Assembly: GCF_004324835.1 (NCBI RefSeq)
Contig: NW_021163015.1
Location: 3,016,323 to 3,080,322 of the forward strand
From: Dendronephthya gigantea
Taxonomy: Eukaryota
Direction of reading: 5' to 3'
DNA: 64,000 bases
Both the position numbers and the translations under genes were made by a program. The notes under the pieces were generated by a model. That model did no database searches, was not told where the DNA came from, and saw nothing but the letters and a program-made list of their open reading frames with translations. This document shows positions 60,063 through 64,000 of this stretch, one piece after another (position 1 is the first letter of the stretch; each line of letters begins with the position of its first letter).

Positions 60063-60634
60063 TCAAGGTGTTTCCGACTTGTCATGTTCACTTTTGCTCA
60101 AAATTAAACTCTCATCCGATTCGGAACATGGTATCTTCATAAATTCCACTGGCTCTTTGCATTCGAACAACCTGCTGATCGACAGTAGGGCACTGGAGAC
60201 TATTGCCAGGCCAACGGTGATGTACACGAATGTCAACACTGTGAACAACACCGTGTGAAGTCCGTTATGCTTGCTTGTATCCGCTGGATGAAGTGGAACG
60301 AAGTCTCCGAAGCCGATCGTGGAGAGAGTGATAAAAGCAAAGTAGAAACCCTCGAAAAATGTCCATCCTTCATAGGCATGCGCAAACGCTGCCAAGGTTA
60401 ACAGTAACAGGGCCATGATGGCGAATACAATGAGTGTCGTCTTGAACTGAATGTTCACAGGCTCTTCTCTCCGTAGAAGTCGTTTTTCCACGCTCGTGAT
60501 CACCTCGGGTAATATCTCCGCCACCTTCTCGCCGATGGATTTTAGCATGAGCCCAGCTATTGGAATTCCTAACAACGCATAGACAATGCAGAATGTACGA
60601 CCCCAGGTGGTTATGGGTGTCATGTGACCGTAGC
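60063..60634 (-). CDS. Two-pore-domain potassium channel subunit (K2P/KCNK), paralog B. Only the 3' portion was found; the 5' exon encoding TM1-P1 lies beyond 60634 or outside the window
   Basis: Minus-strand exon after acceptor TTTTCAG|GCTACGG: (G)YGHMTPITTWGRTFCIVYALLGIPIAGLMLKSIGEKVAEIL...EGWTFFEGFYFAFITLSTIGFGDFVPLHPAD...TFVYITVGLAIVSSALLSIS...SETP*. It shares about 45% identity with paralog A exons 2+3, with the same YGH...P2 TIGFGD...LAIVSS architecture. It is tail-to-tail with paralog A, with stop codons 1.2 kb apart. Confidence 0.75.
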
Positions 60635-63600
60635 CTGAAAAAAGGAAAATGAATCAATTTGACAACAAATTTGAGATGTCTGCCAACTGACTATAAAACC
60701 ACTGTTCAACTATGGTTAGTTAGTGGAGGTAGATTTAACTGGTCACCTTTTGCAACTTTCGATTATTTTGTACACAACTGCTCCAACCCACCCATTTCGT
60801 TTATTCGGATTGCGTCTAGCCTACGTGGATGATTCTTTATTAATTACAAAATTAATCGCAGGAAAGATCATAGATATGAAATGACCAACGATATTGATTC
60901 TAGACACGGTATTAACGGTATCATGGTTACACTATCACATTCTCAAAACTTTCCTAACTCACACCACTGTCATAAACACCTATTGTTGAAAGAGAAGTGT
61001 TAAATACTTGTCGGTATCTCATATTTGAACGTTCGTACATCGGTGATTACTTTGTGGGAATAATATGCCTCTGCACTTTCGCCCACTTGACACAATTTAT
61101 TAACAACAATTAATTACCTTGGAGAGCCCACAATCTGATTGTGAATTCTGATTATTTCGCGTGCCGAAACATGTTTTAGATGAGCAATCTTTTAAATGAA
61201 TAATCAAGTTTAACGGTCCGAAGAAAGCGGTTTCACGAGCAAGGAAAACAAAGAGCAAGGAAACTTAGAAATGGCAGAGAGCCTTTGGTCTTTGGTGGTT
61301 GGTAATAAGCGCAGCATTTGTCTTTGTATAGATTCTGTCTCGTAAGTGTAGTGAAGGAGGTGTTTGTTATATAATTACCATTCAAGCACGTTCACAACGG
61401 CACATTACATCAACTAACGGATCAACTAACGAGTAACACATTAAGAAAAACACATTTTCCTTCTAAGCAAAAATTCTTATTAATGTGAGAAAACGTTTTA
61501 CCATTACCATCAGACATGCACGGTGTCATCACGATATTGGTCGTTCATTAAACGCTGGGAGTTTTTTCATTAATTACAATAACGATAATCATAAGATCTT
61601 TGCCGGAAAAAATGGAAACTTTAATGAACAAAGCCGGCCTGGCCTCGTTTATATTTTTAGTCAAAATAGTTTAATAGAACGTTAGCCACCGTATTTGGAA
61701 GTAAAGGCGTGGTCCCGAGTAAATGTTTGAATATATTTGTGTGCGCTATGCCGAGATGAGATTCACTTTCGAAGAGATCTTGGAGCAAATGGCTGAATCG
61801 AGTTTTCATAGCACATGCATGATTTGCGTTTCATTCCTTTGTTTGATATTTTCTCTCGTTATCTCAAATAGATTATCACATGCACATGGACGGCAGTTAT
61901 ATTAAATCAGGCAGTTCATTTCACCCCTCGCTGCCTCGCACGTCGAACTTGTCCTCGCCTTTTTCTGATCATTTATTTATGTCAGCTTGTCAAGATCTTA
62001 TCTGACCAGTTCTTTTGCGATGATTATATGTCATCGCAGGTTTAAAAATTCCCGAAGAGGTTCATAGGGAAAAATCACAAAATGCCTATCATTTTTGAGA
62101 CTCACGAACGCCCAAATGTTTTTCATGATTGAATTCGAGTAAATGCCCAACGTTCTTATACCGAGTTATTTGTTTGAATCGAAACAAGACCATTTATAAA
62201 ACTTTTACCTGCATTACTTATAGACATTACTTACATTGACTGATTTACATTCTCATTCGTTTTTTTTTTAAATGGATGTTCGATTAATTTCAAATTTTAC
62301 CTCGCTTATCATAACGCATTTTCCATCGGAAATATCGAAATATGACATACTATTTTTACGGACGGTGGTTCACCACGAATCAATTGTGTCTTTGCAATCA
62401 ACTTATAGTTATGAGTAGGTGACGTAACAGAATAACAGAACCTGGCTTTAAATATTGGTTAAAATTCATTGCCACAACGTGAAAGAATAATGCCGGCCAA
62501 AATCATATTTTTATGCATTTGTAAAGATCCATTAAAATGTTTACTACAAAAGTTATTATGTCAATTGATCAGTGTATTTCGAACTACATCTTTCATGAAT
62601 TTCGTTGCATGGCAAAATATTCATAGGTTTGTGGTTATATGCTTGCTTTTACTATGTCAGAAACTACAAGCAGTTCTTCCTAGAATTTTTGAAGCATATT
62701 TCTTAGAGAGGTATATATCAACAGAGACGAGCGTCGACTAGTTATTTAGCCCTCAAAGGAGAAAATCCGATTTGAGGTCGCCTGAAAAATTGCGAAAATA
62801 CCTAAGCTAGTAGGATGTGGTGTATTCAGCATGTTATACATATCAACGCAAAGATATTTGTGAATAAATATTTCAAAAAGCTAATATGTAATGGATACGA
62901 CAGGCATTGTGTGCGACAAATAAACCATTATATTAATTGCGACGCCGGCGATATCATCAATCTAAGATGTCTAACTTTTGATTCCAGTTCATCAGTTTCA
63001 ATAAGCAAATCATCAAAAATATGTTTGAATTCAACATTTTTTGATCGGCAAGATAGATTAAAACCTAGTACAGTTAGCTTAAAACCGATACTTTGTGTAT
63101 GCGAGAAAATAATTCGTTTCGCCAGCGTGCTGAATTAACGGCATCATCGCTGGCTGACAACTTTGGTTTCCTGAAGAAGAAGAAGAGCAGTAACTTTCCT
63201 CTGATTTATTTCACATGACCGTCTGCCAGAATTCCCAATCACAGACATCTTTATTTACTTTTTAAAGTTCTAAAAAATCGCGTCGCGACGCCAAATCGCA
63301 TCGTGTGTGTACTAAATTTTGCTGTTCTGAGTTGCTAGTTTTGAGTATCATAATAATTTCGCAGCGACAATTCTGAAAAATTTTTCCGTTGGTCGTGAAG
63401 TCAGCAGGCAGGCAGTTATATATTGTAGACTGCTGTGGTCGGCATGAATCAGTCCAGCTTTGTCGTGGGAAGCATTTCAGATGATAGTATGTAAGATGCA
63501 TGTATAATATGCAAGCAAATAACTTTCGACGTTATCTGAAGCATCCGCGCGTGGGATTGAAATAGGCTTATATCATCGTCATCGACCTTTTTTTATGCTC

Positions 63601-64000
63601 TCCAAATGCTTAGCTTTTTATTATTTTCAAGTATATTCCCTTCTGAATCTCTATTACGTTCTTCATTGCGTTCAAACAGATCATGGCTTTGTAAAGTGGT
63701 ATCGTTGTATTATCATAAATAAACCGAACAAGACCATTTAGAGTATATATACCGTTCCGTTTAAACGGATAGTTTTGAAGTAGTGATGACGGATATTCGT
63801 ACTAAATCTTTGCTACATTATAAAGCGATAGGCGAGCTTGGAGACTTTCTATAAATATAATTAATATTAAATTTATTTTTGATCACCGCGCGAGATTTTT
63901 GTTGAGATATTGACCGGCACCGCAGAGTATCCTTACGCTCTTCACCCTGTCTTCTCCCTGAGCAAAACAAACTAAAGGACGTCTCGAGATTAGAATTTTC

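Noticed and set aside
60640-64000. Searched the minus strand for the missing first coding exon (TM1-P1, ...TTIG) of K2P paralog B
   Set aside because: No ORF with a pore-loop signature was found by eye. Either it lies beyond the window or the gene is truncated, and no call was made.

Overview
This window is eukaryotic nuclear DNA, almost certainly from an invertebrate animal. It is about 37% GC and its genes are split by GT-AG introns of roughly 45 bp to 2.6 kb. Prokaryotic feature classes such as CRISPR arrays, operons and defence islands do not apply here, and I found no rRNA or tRNA genes. Homology calls come from reading translated exons against protein families I know from memory. Nothing was searched against a database. 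Exon boundaries were placed by hand and may be off by a few nucleotides. The supplied ORF track uses non-ATG starts (TTG, GTG), so its 'M' positions were re-checked. The window is gene-dense, with one gene every 4-5 kb on average. Gene order: (1) a drebrin-like/ABP1 protein (ADF-H domain plus SH3) with a perfect 4x30-nt PEPEPRYS-coding tandem repeat; (2,3) two tandem Ras-like GTPases of the RERG/RASL11/RASL12 subfamily; (4) a METTL21A-like lysine methyltransferase (minus strand), head-to-head with (5) GPAA1, the GPI-transamidase component; (6) DCLRE1A/SNM1A, starting only 168 bp after the GPAA1 stop codon; (7) cyclin J (minus strand), head-to-head with (8) major vault protein, about 20 exons; (9) an intronless SoxE-like HMG-box gene (minus strand); (10) a complete hAT DNA transposon of 4,042 bp with a perfect 8-bp target-site duplication, inserted about 380 bp upstream of the Sox gene; (11) a low-confidence multi-exon gene for an uncharacterized protein with a nested antisense cysteine-rich ORF in one intron; (12,13) two two-pore-domain K+ channel (K2P) paralogs in tail-to-tail orientation. 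The most notable items are the apparently intact hAT element next to the Sox gene, the GTPase pair with substitutions at the catalytic glutamine, and the very tight GPAA1-DCLRE1A spacing.
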